Part shown: piece after piece, positions 20,740 through 30,361 of the stretch
How positions within the stretch are numbered: position 1 is the first letter of the stretch
How the letters are laid out: each line of letters begins with the position of its first letter
Assembly (NCBI GenBank): GCA_965250285.1
Contig: OZ252299.1
Location: 1,504,001 to 1,568,000 of the forward strand
DNA length: 64,000 bases
Direction of reading: 5' to 3'
Origin: Myxococcota bacterium
GTDB taxonomy: Bacteria > Myxococcota_A > UBA9160 > UBA4427
Made by a program: the position numbers and the translations under genes
Notes under the pieces: generated by a model
Database searches by the model: none
What the model was told of the DNA's origin: nothing
What the model saw: only the letters and a program-made list of their open reading frames with translations

Positions 20740-21702
20740 TTGCTTCGCCGAAGACGCCCCCACGCCCCGAGGCACCGTCGCGCGTCGAGCTCGCCGGACC
20801 GGTCGGCTGCCGCCGCACCGGCCGCGCGTCGCGTCGCGCTCCTTCTGCTCGCGAGCCTCGTCGCCCTGGCGGCGCCCGCCGCGCAGGCCGAGGTGTACCG
20901 ATGGGTCGACGATCAGGGCCGTCTGCACTTCGCATCCGATCTCAATCAGGTGCCGCCGCAGTATCGGCGCGCGGCCGACGCGTCGGCGAAGGCGACCGCC
21001 AAACCGGCCGAACAGCCGCGGGTCCAGACCTTCAGCGCGCCGGCGCGCATCGATGATCAGCGCGCGAGCACGTCCGCGGCGCCCGGCGACAGCGGCAAGA
21101 CCCACCGCATTCGCGTCAAGCGGGCCGGGAGCTCGATGCGGGCGACCGTCCTGATCAACAATCGCGTGAAGGTGCCGTTCATTCTCGATACCGGGGCATC
21201 CGACGTCGTTCTGCCCGAGTGGGCGGCGGACGAACTCGGGCTCGACCTTTCCAACGCGCGCACCGCGCTCTACCGCACGGCCAACGGGGTCATCTCTTCG
21301 AAGATCACGCAGCTCGATTCGGTCAAGCTCGGCACCGCCGAGGTGCGTGGCGTGCCGACGAGCATCAGCACCTCGATGCAGACGGGCCTGCTCGGGCTCT
21401 CCTTCTTCAATCACTTCAAGTACGACTTCGACCCGGCATCGGGCGTCGTGACGCTGGTCGAAAACGACCTGGCCGAGTCGGGGAAGCTGCGGGGCGGTCG
21501 CAGCCAGGGCCAGTGGGAGTCACAGTTCCGCGCCATGAACGCACGCATTGCGCGGGGCGAGGAGCTGCTCGACGACATCCCGTTCGGACGGACGCGCAAG
21601 CGGGCCCGCTACGAAGAGGCCCTCGCCGAGCTTCGGCGCGAGCTGAAGCTGCTGCACACCGAGGCCGACGGCGCCCGGGTGCCGTACTCCTGGCGCAACT
21701 GA
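20740..21702 (+). CDS. Secreted retropepsin-like aspartyl protease with N-terminal DUF4124-type domain
   Basis: Signal peptide then EVYRWVDDQGRLHF, FILDTGAS (catalytic DTG), TANG flap, GLLGLSF; TTG start chosen from an upstream GGAGA. Confidence 0.85.
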   Translation: MLRRRRPHAPRHRRASSSPDRSAAAAPAARRVALLLLASLVALAAPAAQAEVYRWVDDQGRLHFASDLNQVPPQYRRAADASAKATAKPAEQPRVQTFSAPARIDDQRASTSAAPGDSGKTHRIRVKRAGSSMRATVLINNRVKVPFILDTGASDVVLPEWAADELGLDLSNARTALYRTANGVISSKITQLDSVKLGTAEVRGVPTSISTSMQTGLLGLSFFNHFKYDFDPASGVVTLVENDLAESGKLRGGRSQGQWESQFRAMNARIARGEELLDDIPFGRTRKRARYEEALAELRRELKLLHTEADGARVPYSWRN

Positions 21703-21884
21703 GCGCCTCGGTTCTTCCGTCGACGGCTGCTCCCCACTTCGATCCATCTGGAATCTTCCGCGGCGAAGAGACGCTTTGCCCACGATGGGAAGCGCACTAC
21801 CGCTTCTCGAGGCGTGTGGAACGCAATTGCCCTCCGAGCGGCGACTCAGCGCCACGAGAACGCTGGCGCTTCGCGCGCCCGCGC

Positions 21885-21899
21885 TGGCATCGAACTTGC
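21885..21899 (+). promoter_or_regulatory. Sigma54 (-24/-12) promoter
   Basis: TGGCATCGAACTTGC matches TGGCA-N6-TTGC with exact GG-N10-GC spacing, about 95 bp upstream of the ATG at 21994. Confidence 0.7.
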
Positions 21900-21993
21900 G
21901 ATTCGAACCGAATCGAAGACGAGCGCTGCATCCCGCGCAGCGTGTGCGTGGCCCCGGTGGTGGGGCCTCGCTGCGGACGATTCGGAGGCAAGC

Positions 21994-22389
21994 ATGCGCA
22001 TCCCGTGGCGCAGATCGACGGACACGGAAGGGGGCGACCGCGCGGCGGCGTCCGAGATCGAGACGCTGTCCGATCTCCTGTTGCAGCGCGGCGTGAGCCC
22101 AGAAGACGCCCGGCCCCTCGCGCAGCGGCTCGCGGGCCAGCTGAAGGCGCGCCCCCGCAGCGGACGCGAGGCGTTCGTCGACGGCGTCGCGGCGAGCTGG
22201 CACGCATCGTCGGAGACCCGGGCTCGACTCGACAAGTCGGCGTCGGACATCAAGGAGGTGGAGCGCCTGATGGGCGCGTTCACCGGCGAGCTCTCGAAGC
22301 TCGACGAAGTGCTCGAGGTGCTGGCCGCCTACGTCCGGCGCATGCGTACGTCGAAGCGTGAGACCTCCGAGGGGCAGACGCTCCACTGA
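21994..22389 (+). CDS. Hypothetical helical/coiled-coil protein (131 aa)
   Basis: GGAGG RBS at 21984-21988, genome-typical codon usage, amphipathic C-terminal half. Confidence 0.8.
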   Translation: MRIPWRRSTDTEGGDRAAASEIETLSDLLLQRGVSPEDARPLAQRLAGQLKARPRSGREAFVDGVAASWHASSETRARLDKSASDIKEVERLMGAFTGELSKLDEVLEVLAAYVRRMRTSKRETSEGQTLH

Positions 22390-22450
22390 CGCACGGCGCG
22401 CCCCGAGCGCGCGCGTCCTCTTCATCCCCGGTCCCGGCGAGTGAACGCCG

Positions 22451-25072
22451 GTGCACATGTGGCTGCTTGCTGTCGTCGCCGCCCAGGCGGGCGGCGTCGT
22501 TGCGGCGGATGCGGGCTTCGCGTTCGGTGCGCCCGCGTGCGTCGGCGCGAGCTTCGCGCTGTGCGCGGCGGCGGCGCTCACCCGATGCCGAGCGAGCGTG
22601 GCGGCCTCGGCGCTCGGGGCAGCGTTCTTCGCGGTGGGGGGCCTGGCCTTCGAGCGCGCGGGCGCGCTGGAAAGCGAGCCCGTGGCCTGGCCGAGTGGTG
22701 CGCGGACGACCCTCGACGCAAGCGTCGTCGACGTGGACCGCGGGGCGACGGGCGTGCGCGTCTTGCTGGACGACGTCGTGGGCGACGAAGCCGGCGCGGT
22801 CGATGTGCTGCCCCTCGGCCGAGCGCGGTTGCGTCTCTTCGTCGACGCAGGCGATCCGGCCGCGCGCTGGTTCGCGGCCCGTCGAATCGGCGAGCGGGTC
22901 CGGGTGCGCGCCGCGCTGCGCGCCCTCGACGGACCGCGTAATCCGGGCGCACCGGACCGAGCGCGCCACGCCCGGCGTCGCGGCGTGTGGGCCGATGCAT
23001 CACTCGCTCATCCCCATGCCTTCGTCTCGCTCGCCCCGGCACCGTCCCATCGCAGCGAGACGACTGCGCTGCCCGGGCGCGTGCACCGGACGACGACGGT
23101 CGAGCGTCTCGAGCGGCTCGGGCCCGGGGGCGCCCTGCTGGCCGCGCTGGGCCTCGGCGAGGCCGAAGCGCTCGACCCGCGCGTGCGCGACGCGATGGAG
23201 CGGCTCGGTCTCTCGCACCTCGTCGCGGTGTCGGGGCTCCACCTCGCGCTGGTCGCAGCGCTCGTCTTCGGATTGGCCGGTCGGGCGATTCGGCTCGGTG
23301 GCCTGGCGTCCCTCCTCGACCCGGTGCCGTTTCAGGCGTCGGCCGCGCTCGGCGCGGCGCTGCTCTACGCGGTGCTCAGCGGGCTCGGCGTGCCCGTGCG
23401 CCGAGCGTGGGTGCTGCTGGTGTTCGCCGTGGCGCTGCATGCGATGGGTCGACGCTCGGCCTGGCTCGCGGCCTGGTGCTGCGCGGCGTCGGTCGGGCTG
23501 GCCCTCGACCCGGCGGCGCTCTTCGAGCTCGGCCCCCAGCTCTCCTTCGGCGTGACGGCTGCGCTCGCATCGGCCCGCCTCGATGATCGCGATCTGGCAC
23601 CCGGTGATGGCGGCATCATCGCAAGGCTCTGTGCGAGTGCGCTGCGGCTGCTGGCGGTGAGCGCCGTTGCGCTGGCCGCGAGCGCGCCGCTGCTCGCCGC
23701 GCACGCGCGAGTGAGCTCGTCGTGGGCGCTCCTCGCGAACGTCGTCGCCGTCCCCCTCACGGCCGCGGTGCTGTTGCCTCTCGCGCTCGCGGCTTCGGCG
23801 ACGGCTGCGTTCCTTCCTTCCAGCGCGGCGAGTGAGGCGTTCCTCGCCGCGGCGGCTGCGGTCGCGCACGCATTCGAGGCCGGGGTCTGCGCGATCGCCG
23901 AGCGACTCGGCCCGCTCCCGCGGAGCGGTCGACCGAGCGGGTTCGCGCTCGGCCTCGCCGGACTGTGTGTCTTGGCTTGCGTGCGCGCCCCGACCACTGC
24001 GCTGCGCAGCGTCGCGGCTCTCGCATGCCTCTTCGTGGTGGGCTCTCGGGGCGGGCCCGGTGTCGAGATGGACGCGGCACCCCACGCCGCCGAGCTGATC
24101 GCGCTCGACGTCGGTCAGGGGGATGCACTCATCGTGCGAGACGCGAACACGGCGATCGTGGTCGACGCGGGCTGGGCCGATCCCGACGGCGGCTTCGACG
24201 CGGGCGAGCGCATCGTGCTGCCGGCCCTCGCGACGCTCGGCATCGACCGGCTCGATCTGCTCGTCGTCACACACGCCGATCTCGATCACCTCGGCGGCGC
24301 CGCCGCGCTCCTCGAGGTCCTGCCGGTCGACCGCGTATGGGTGCCCGCGCCGTACGCGGGTGCGGCCGCGTTCGATGCCTTGCGCCGCCTCGCGCGTGGG
24401 CGCGGTGCGCGCTTCGAAGGCCGAGGGCGAGAGGACGGCGGGGCCTCGTTCGGGGCGATCGCCATCGACGTGCTGTGGCCACCGCGCGGTCACGAAATCG
24501 GTGACCGAAACGAGTCTTCGCTCGTACTGCGTGTGGGCGCGGGCGAAGTGCACGCACTGCTGATGGGGGACGCCGGCTTCGAGACCGAGCGATCGCTTCT
24601 GGGCGCGCCCGCGCAGCTCCGCGCCGATGTGTTGAAGCTCGGACACCACGGCAGCCGGACGGCGACGAGCGCGGCCTTCCTCGCCGCCGTCGACCCCGAC
24701 TGGGTCATCGTGTCGGCAGGCTGCCGGGTCGGCCGCGCGCTGCCGCACGTCGACACGTTGGGACGCGTGACGCGGTCGGGGGCGCAGCTGCTCTGGACCG
24801 GGCGCGACGGCGCCGTCGGTCTTGCGCTCGAGTCGCCTGCAGCGCGCACGGAGCTCGGCGCCGGACGTGGCGTGCGCCGCTGTCGTGCGTCACCCGAAGC
24901 GCGCGCCGCATGGCCGCTCGGTCGGGTCCCCCGCGCGCGAGGCGATTCGCGCGCGGCGCCGGGCGCGTTGCCGCTGAATGACCCGTCTCGTAGAGTCGAA
25001 CGCTCGGGGAACGCCGGGGATCGAATCGGTGTCGGAGCCCCCGGATCGCGCTTGACCCGGGCCCGTCGGTGA
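22451..25072 (+). CDS. comEC: DNA uptake channel ComEC/Rec2
   Basis: OB-like RNPG..D, HLVAVSGLH, QLSF, NVVAVP, metallo-beta-lactamase LDVGQGDA, THADLDH, KLGHHGS; exact ends uncertain. Confidence 0.9.
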   Translation: MHMWLLAVVAAQAGGVVAADAGFAFGAPACVGASFALCAAAALTRCRASVAASALGAAFFAVGGLAFERAGALESEPVAWPSGARTTLDASVVDVDRGATGVRVLLDDVVGDEAGAVDVLPLGRARLRLFVDAGDPAARWFAARRIGERVRVRAALRALDGPRNPGAPDRARHARRRGVWADASLAHPHAFVSLAPAPSHRSETTALPGRVHRTTTVERLERLGPGGALLAALGLGEAEALDPRVRDAMERLGLSHLVAVSGLHLALVAALVFGLAGRAIRLGGLASLLDPVPFQASAALGAALLYAVLSGLGVPVRRAWVLLVFAVALHAMGRRSAWLAAWCCAASVGLALDPAALFELGPQLSFGVTAALASARLDDRDLAPGDGGIIARLCASALRLLAVSAVALAASAPLLAAHARVSSSWALLANVVAVPLTAAVLLPLALAASATAAFLPSSAASEAFLAAAAAVAHAFEAGVCAIAERLGPLPRSGRPSGFALGLAGLCVLACVRAPTTALRSVAALACLFVVGSRGGPGVEMDAAPHAAELIALDVGQGDALIVRDANTAIVVDAGWADPDGGFDAGERIVLPALATLGIDRLDLLVVTHADLDHLGGAAALLEVLPVDRVWVPAPYAGAAAFDALRRLARGRGARFEGRGREDGGASFGAIAIDVLWPPRGHEIGDRNESSLVLRVGAGEVHALLMGDAGFETERSLLGAPAQLRADVLKLGHHGSRTATSAAFLAAVDPDWVIVSAGCRVGRALPHVDTLGRVTRSGAQLLWTGRDGAVGLALESPAARTELGAGRGVRRCRASPEARAAWPLGRVPRARGDSRAAPGALPLNDPSRRVERSGNAGDRIGVGAPGSRLTRARR

Positions 25073-25242
25073 TCAGAGTGCTCGCCAGAGAGATCACGGG
25101 CGATGCGCTCTGCAGGAACGGGGTCGAGTTCGAGACGCATGCACGCAGAATGCGGACACGCCGAAGCAGCGGACGGGTCGATGGCTCGGCCGAGCACGCG
25201 CGAACGCGTGCCGAGCGCGCAACGAAAAGAGTGGAGGAACAC

Positions 25243-26220
25243 ATGAGCGTCGGAGTGGATTGGACCTCGCGCGTCAAGGACGAAGTGCAGCGCGCGGTGA
25301 TCGGCCAGGACGAGGTGATCGAACGCCTCCTGGTGGCGCTGCTGGCCGACGGGCACGTGCTCCTCGAGGGCATGCCTGGACTCGCGAAGACGCTGCTCGT
25401 GAAGTCGCTCGCAAGTGCGATGGGGCTCGACTTCGAGCGCGTGCAGTTCACGCCGGATCTGCTGCCGAGCGACGTCGTGGGCACGATGGTGTTTCAACCG
25501 AACGATGGCACCTTCAAGACGCACCTCGGACCGGTCTTCGCGCAGCTCGTGCTCGCCGACGAGATCAACCGCGCGCCGGCCAAGGTGCAGAGCGCGCTGC
25601 TCGAAGCGATGCAGGAGCGACAGGTCACGGTCGGCGGCGACAGCCATCAGCTGCCGGCGCCGTTCTTCGTGATGGCGACGCAGAACCCGGTCGAGCAGGA
25701 GGGCACCTACCCGCTGCCCGAAGCACAGAGCGACCGATTTCTCTTCAAGCTGCTGGTGGACTACCCGAGCGAGCGCGCCGAGCGTGAGATGATGGAGCGT
25801 TGGGGCGACGTGACCGATGCGCCCATGGTGCGCGCCGTTTCGAACGGCGATGAGTTGCTCGCCCTGCGCAACGCGGTCGCCCAGGTGCACGTAAGCGAAC
25901 CGCTCAAGGCCTACATGCTCGCGCTGGTGCGGGGCACCCGAGAGCTCGTCGGCGACCCGGCGTCGAGCTCGGCCGACAAGCCGTTGTCGTTCGGCGCGTC
26001 GCCGCGCGCCTCCCTCGCGCTCTTTCAGACCGTGCGCGCGCTGGCGTGGATGCGTGGCTTCGACCACGCGACGCCCGATCTGGTTCAGGAGATCCTGCCC
26101 GATGCGCTTCGGCATCGGGTCGGGTTGACGTACGAAGCCGAGGCCGAAGGGCTCACGGCCGATGACGTGCTGCGGGGTCTGGCCGATCGCATCGCGATCC
26201 CGACCGAAGCGGCGGCTTGA
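25243..26220 (+). CDS. moxR: MoxR-family AAA+ ATPase
   Basis: EGMPGLAKT, RVQFTPDLLPSD, LADEINRAPAKVQSALLEAMQE, ATQNPVEQEGTYPLPEAQ; GGAGG RBS. Confidence 0.96.
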   Translation: MSVGVDWTSRVKDEVQRAVIGQDEVIERLLVALLADGHVLLEGMPGLAKTLLVKSLASAMGLDFERVQFTPDLLPSDVVGTMVFQPNDGTFKTHLGPVFAQLVLADEINRAPAKVQSALLEAMQERQVTVGGDSHQLPAPFFVMATQNPVEQEGTYPLPEAQSDRFLFKLLVDYPSERAEREMMERWGDVTDAPMVRAVSNGDELLALRNAVAQVHVSEPLKAYMLALVRGTRELVGDPASSSADKPLSFGASPRASLALFQTVRALAWMRGFDHATPDLVQEILPDALRHRVGLTYEAEAEGLTADDVLRGLADRIAIPTEAAA

Positions 26221-26230
26221 GGCGAAGGCG

Positions 26231-27118
26231 ATGAGGCTCGCGGCGAGTCAGCCTGTCCTGCGTCAGCTCGAGTGGCGCGTCCGAAACGCGGCCGACGCGG
26301 CCATCTCGGGCGACTACCGCACCGCGTTTCGCGGGCGTGGGCGCGAGTTCGATCAGGTCGTCCGCTACGAGTGGGGCGACGACGTCCGCGACATCGACTG
26401 GAACGTGACCGCCCGGCTCGGGGAGCCATACCGCAAGAAGTTCGTCGAAGAACGCGAACTCACGGTGGCGCTGCTCGTCGAGGATTCACCCTCTCTTGCC
26501 TTCGGTTCGGGCGAACGCACCAAGCGTGAAGTGCTGCTCGAGATGGCGGGGCTCTTCTCTTTACTGGCCGCCGCCAACCGCGATCGCGTGGGCCTCTGGC
26601 ACGCGCGGCCCGAGGGCACCGAGGTGCACCGAGCGGAGCGCGGTCGCGCCCGCATCGTGCGTCGCGCGTCGGAGCTGCTGGCGACGCCGCCGCCCGAAAC
26701 GCGCCCCGGGGCCCCGAGCGAGGACATCGATTGGGTGCGCTTCTCGCACGTCTTCCAGCGGCACGCGGTCGTGGTCTGGCTCGGCGACTTTCCTCCCCGT
26801 GTGCCTCCTGCGCACTGGCGCGCGATGCGTCGGCGCTTCGAGGTGATCGGCGTGCGTGTGGATGATCCCTGGGAGCGCGCACTGCCCGAGAGCGGGCTGC
26901 TCTCGGTGGTCGACCCGGTGGGGGGTGAGCTCGTCCCCTTCGATCCGCGCTCCCGGTTGACGCGGCGGCGGCACGCCGAATGGCGAGCCGAGCGCGACCG
27001 CGCGTTCGATGAGCTGTTCCCGTCGAAGCTGCAGCAGCTGGTCGTGAGCACCGAAGACGATCCGATCGATGCCCTCGTCGGCTTCTTCCGCGCACGCATG
27101 CGGGCATTGGGCGTCTGA
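26231..27118 (+). CDS. DUF58 (VWA-related) protein
   Basis: GREFDQVVRYEWGDDVRDIDWNVTAR, EERE, DRVGL; follows moxR. Confidence 0.92.
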   Translation: MRLAASQPVLRQLEWRVRNAADAAISGDYRTAFRGRGREFDQVVRYEWGDDVRDIDWNVTARLGEPYRKKFVEERELTVALLVEDSPSLAFGSGERTKREVLLEMAGLFSLLAAANRDRVGLWHARPEGTEVHRAERGRARIVRRASELLATPPPETRPGAPSEDIDWVRFSHVFQRHAVVVWLGDFPPRVPPAHWRAMRRRFEVIGVRVDDPWERALPESGLLSVVDPVGGELVPFDPRSRLTRRRHAEWRAERDRAFDELFPSKLQQLVVSTEDDPIDALVGFFRARMRALGV

Positions 27119-27191
27119 TGGGCGTCGCGCTCGAACAGACGACCGTCGGCCCCGCGCATGCGCCGGACCGGTGTCCGCAAGGAGGCGCCTA

Positions 27192-28259
27192 GTGGAGCCG
27201 GGCCTCTTCGGCACGGGCTGGCAGCTCGCCGACCCGCTCTGGCTGTGCGCGCTCGCCGCGTTGCCGCTGGTGTATTGGCTGCGGGGCCGAAGGCCGCAGC
27301 GCGCTCTCGTCGTCCCGTTCGCCGCGCGTTGGGCGGGACGCGAACGCATCGAGCGCGCCGTCTGGGCCGAGGTCTGCATCTGGTTCGGACTCGTTCTGAT
27401 CATCATCGGGCTCGCGCGGCCCCAGGTGGTCGAGCAGCGACGCCAGGTCGAGAAGCAGGGCTATGACATCGTGCTGGCGATCGATCTGTCGCCGAGCATG
27501 CTCGCCGAAGACTACGAGGAGAACGGGCGTCGGCTGAATCGGCTGCAGGCGATCAAGCCGATCATCGAAGCCTTCACCGATCGGCGGTCGGGCGACCGAA
27601 TCGGCGTCGTCGTCTTCGGTGCCCGGGCATACACGCTGGCTCCGCTCAGCTTCGATCATCCGTGGCTGCGCCGACAGATTGCGCGGCTCAAAGTGGGGCT
27701 GGTCGAGGACGGCACCGCGGTCGGTGATGCGCTCGCGCTCGCGGTGTCGCGGCTCGGTCAGGCCGAGCGCCAGGAGGCCGGGCGTCGTCTCGGCGGCTTC
27801 GTGATCCTGCTGACCGACGGCGCGAACAACGCCGGGGCCGTCGAGCCGCTCGAGGCAGCGAAGCTCGCCGAGGCGAAGGGCATCCCGGTGTACACGATCG
27901 GCGCCGGGCGCGAAGGGCTGGTGCAGATGCCGGTCACCGATACCCAGGGTCGCGTGGTGACGTACCGCCGGGTGCGTTCGAGCCTCGACGAGCGCACGCT
28001 GCGCCGCATCGCCGACGAGACCGGCGGCAGCTACTTCCGTGCGCGTGACTCGGACACGGTCGAGGCCGCGTTCGCGGCGATCGACGCCGAGCGGCCGATC
28101 GAGTTCGACGCGAAATCGCACCTGCTGACCGAGGAGCGGTTCGGGGCCTTCGTCGCCCCCGGCCTGGTGCTCTTCGCGATCGGGCTGCTCGGCGCACGCA
28201 GGTCGGGCCGCACCGTCGAGGGCACGGGTGAAGCGTTCTTCGCGGAGGTGGGTCGATGA
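27192..28259 (+). CDS. BatA-like membrane VWA protein
   Basis: N-terminal TM pair with LARPQ, MIDAS DLSPSM, GTAVGDAL, LTDGANN, C-terminal TM; GGAGG before the GTG at 27192. Confidence 0.9.
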   Translation: MEPGLFGTGWQLADPLWLCALAALPLVYWLRGRRPQRALVVPFAARWAGRERIERAVWAEVCIWFGLVLIIIGLARPQVVEQRRQVEKQGYDIVLAIDLSPSMLAEDYEENGRRLNRLQAIKPIIEAFTDRRSGDRIGVVVFGARAYTLAPLSFDHPWLRRQIARLKVGLVEDGTAVGDALALAVSRLGQAERQEAGRRLGGFVILLTDGANNAGAVEPLEAAKLAEAKGIPVYTIGAGREGLVQMPVTDTQGRVVTYRRVRSSLDERTLRRIADETGGSYFRARDSDTVEAAFAAIDAERPIEFDAKSHLLTEERFGAFVAPGLVLFAIGLLGARRSGRTVEGTGEAFFAEVGR

Positions 28260-30361
28260 CCTTCGCGCAGCCCGATTGGCTCTTTGCGCTCGTGCTCATC
28301 CCGGGCTTCTGGGCCTGGGCCTCACTGCGCGCGCAGGGTCAGCAGACCGAGAGCGGTCGCGGCGGCGCGCGTGCGCGCTGGCTGAGCGTCGACGGGAGCC
28401 GGGTGCGCCCGTCGCCCGGCCAGCCGGCCGGGCGTCGCTACGGGCTCTGGGCGAGTGCGGGCCTGGCGCTCGGCGTCGTGGCGCTGGCCCAGCCGCAGTG
28501 GGGCGAGGGCGAGATCGTTCGCTTCGACCAGGGTCGTGAGGTGCTGATCGCGCTCGACCTCTCTCGCAGCATGCTCGCCGACGACGTCCCGCCGAACCGA
28601 CTCGAACGCGCCCGCCTGCTGATCGAGTCGACCCTCGGCCAGCTGCGCGGCGAGCGGGTCGGGCTCCTCCTTTTCTCGGGCACCGCCTTTCTGCAGAGCC
28701 CGCTCTCGGCCGACCACGAGGTCCTGCGCGAGCTGTTGCCCGTGCTCGAGCCGGGCTATCTGCCGCGGGGCGGCACCGACTTCGACGCGATGATCGAAGC
28801 GGCCCTCGAGGCGTTCTCGCAGACCGGCGCGGCCGATCGCTACCTCGTCGTCCTGTCGGACGGGGAGAGCCACGAGTTCGACCCCGGCTCGATCGATGCG
28901 CTCGTCGAAGCGGGCGTGCAGGTGGTCGCGCTCGGCATCGGCACCGAAGCGGGTGCGTTGATCCCCGACGGCCGAGGGGGCATCGTGAAGGACGAGCGGG
29001 GGGCCGCCGTGCTCTCGCGGCTCGAACGCCCCGCGCTCGAAGCACTGGCGGAAGGCACAGGGGGCGTCTACGCCGACGCGGCGCAGTGGATCGACCTCGC
29101 GTCGCTCGTCGAGCGCACCGTGAGCACCGGGCAGGTCGGCGACTTCGTCGAGGCACGCGATCGCGCGCGCATCCACCGCTTCCAATGGTGGCTGGCGCCC
29201 GCGCTGCTCTTGCTGCTCGCCAGTCATCTCTTCGAGGTGCCGGCCGCGCCGCGCAGTCGTCGGCTGCACGAGAGGGGGCCGGCGTCGCGCGACCGTCGCT
29301 CGACCGGCCGGGCTGCCGCCGCGGGCGCGGCCGCAGTGTGCCTGGCCCTGGCGACCCCGCTGGCCGGTCCGGCCGACGCGGCGCCCGGCCTCTCGGCGCC
29401 GGGTGCCCCCGCGACCGCGCCGCCCGCACCCGGCGAGCCCGACCCGATCGTCTCGATCGTCGAGCAGCTGGCGACGGCCCCCGAGATCGAGGCGGTCGAC
29501 TACGCCGCGCTCGCGCGCACCACCGTCGAGGTGGGTTTCGCGCGCATGCAGTCCGGCGAGCCGCTGCCGCCCGGCGCCGTGCGCGACGGGATCGACGCGG
29601 TCGAAGCCGGCCGCGCCCTCGACGCCGAAGCGACCGATTGGGCCGAGCTGCTGGCGGCGCTCGAGCAGCTCGCGGAGCCGCCCCCGCCGACGCCGTCCGA
29701 ATCGGACGAGTCGGGGCAGGGTGAGTCGGGCGAGTCCGATTCGAGCGAGCAGAGTGGCGGCGAGTCGGGCGAGTCCGGCGACGCGCAGCAGGGCGACGAA
29801 TCGGGCGGCGAATCGCAATCGGGCGGCGACGACGGCGGCGACGCGTCGGAGTCGTCGGGCGACGACGCATCGGGCTCGGACGACGGCGAGGCCGGCGAAT
29901 CGAGCGAGTCGGGCTCGGACAGCTCCGGCTCGAAGAGCGAAACCGAGGGTCGGCAAGCCGGCGACCCGGGCGAGAGCGAGTCGGCCGAGTCGGGCGGGGC
30001 GCGCGAGCAGGGCGATCCTCAGGCGATGCAGGCCGAAGAGGCCGGCTTCGGCGACCTCGACGAAGGCGGTGACGCGCAGGAAGACGCGGGCGAATCGCAC
30101 GGGGAGACCGAGTCGTTGGCCCAGGAAGGCGAGGGCGCGGCGCAAGAAGAGCCACAGGCCGAGCCGCAGCCGAGCCGGATGGTCGGCGGGACGCGGGGCG
30201 ACAACGATGATCTCATGCAGTCACGCCCCGACCTGGCCGCCGCGGTCGGGCGGATGGAGCGCGTGCGCGAGGGCGACGCCCCCGCCGTGCTCTTCGATCG
30301 CATGAATCGATCCGAGGGCCTGGGCACGGATCGCCGCAATGACGGGGGACGGGACTGGTGA
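28256..30361 (+). CDS. BatB-like VWA protein with acidic BatC-like tail
   Basis: ALAQPQWG, MIDAS DLSRSM, LSDGE, TM segment, long Glu/Asp/Ser/Gly tract, terminal RDW. Confidence 0.85.
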   Translation: MTFAQPDWLFALVLIPGFWAWASLRAQGQQTESGRGGARARWLSVDGSRVRPSPGQPAGRRYGLWASAGLALGVVALAQPQWGEGEIVRFDQGREVLIALDLSRSMLADDVPPNRLERARLLIESTLGQLRGERVGLLLFSGTAFLQSPLSADHEVLRELLPVLEPGYLPRGGTDFDAMIEAALEAFSQTGAADRYLVVLSDGESHEFDPGSIDALVEAGVQVVALGIGTEAGALIPDGRGGIVKDERGAAVLSRLERPALEALAEGTGGVYADAAQWIDLASLVERTVSTGQVGDFVEARDRARIHRFQWWLAPALLLLLASHLFEVPAAPRSRRLHERGPASRDRRSTGRAAAAGAAAVCLALATPLAGPADAAPGLSAPGAPATAPPAPGEPDPIVSIVEQLATAPEIEAVDYAALARTTVEVGFARMQSGEPLPPGAVRDGIDAVEAGRALDAEATDWAELLAALEQLAEPPPPTPSESDESGQGESGESDSSEQSGGESGESGDAQQGDESGGESQSGGDDGGDASESSGDDASGSDDGEAGESSESGSDSSGSKSETEGRQAGDPGESESAESGGAREQGDPQAMQAEEAGFGDLDEGGDAQEDAGESHGETESLAQEGEGAAQEEPQAEPQPSRMVGGTRGDNDDLMQSRPDLAAAVGRMERVREGDAPAVLFDRMNRSEGLGTDRRNDGGRDW

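Noticed and set aside
29690..30180. DNA repeat element in the BatB-like gene
   Set aside because: Low-complexity Glu/Ser/Gly/Asp coding tract with no fixed nucleotide period
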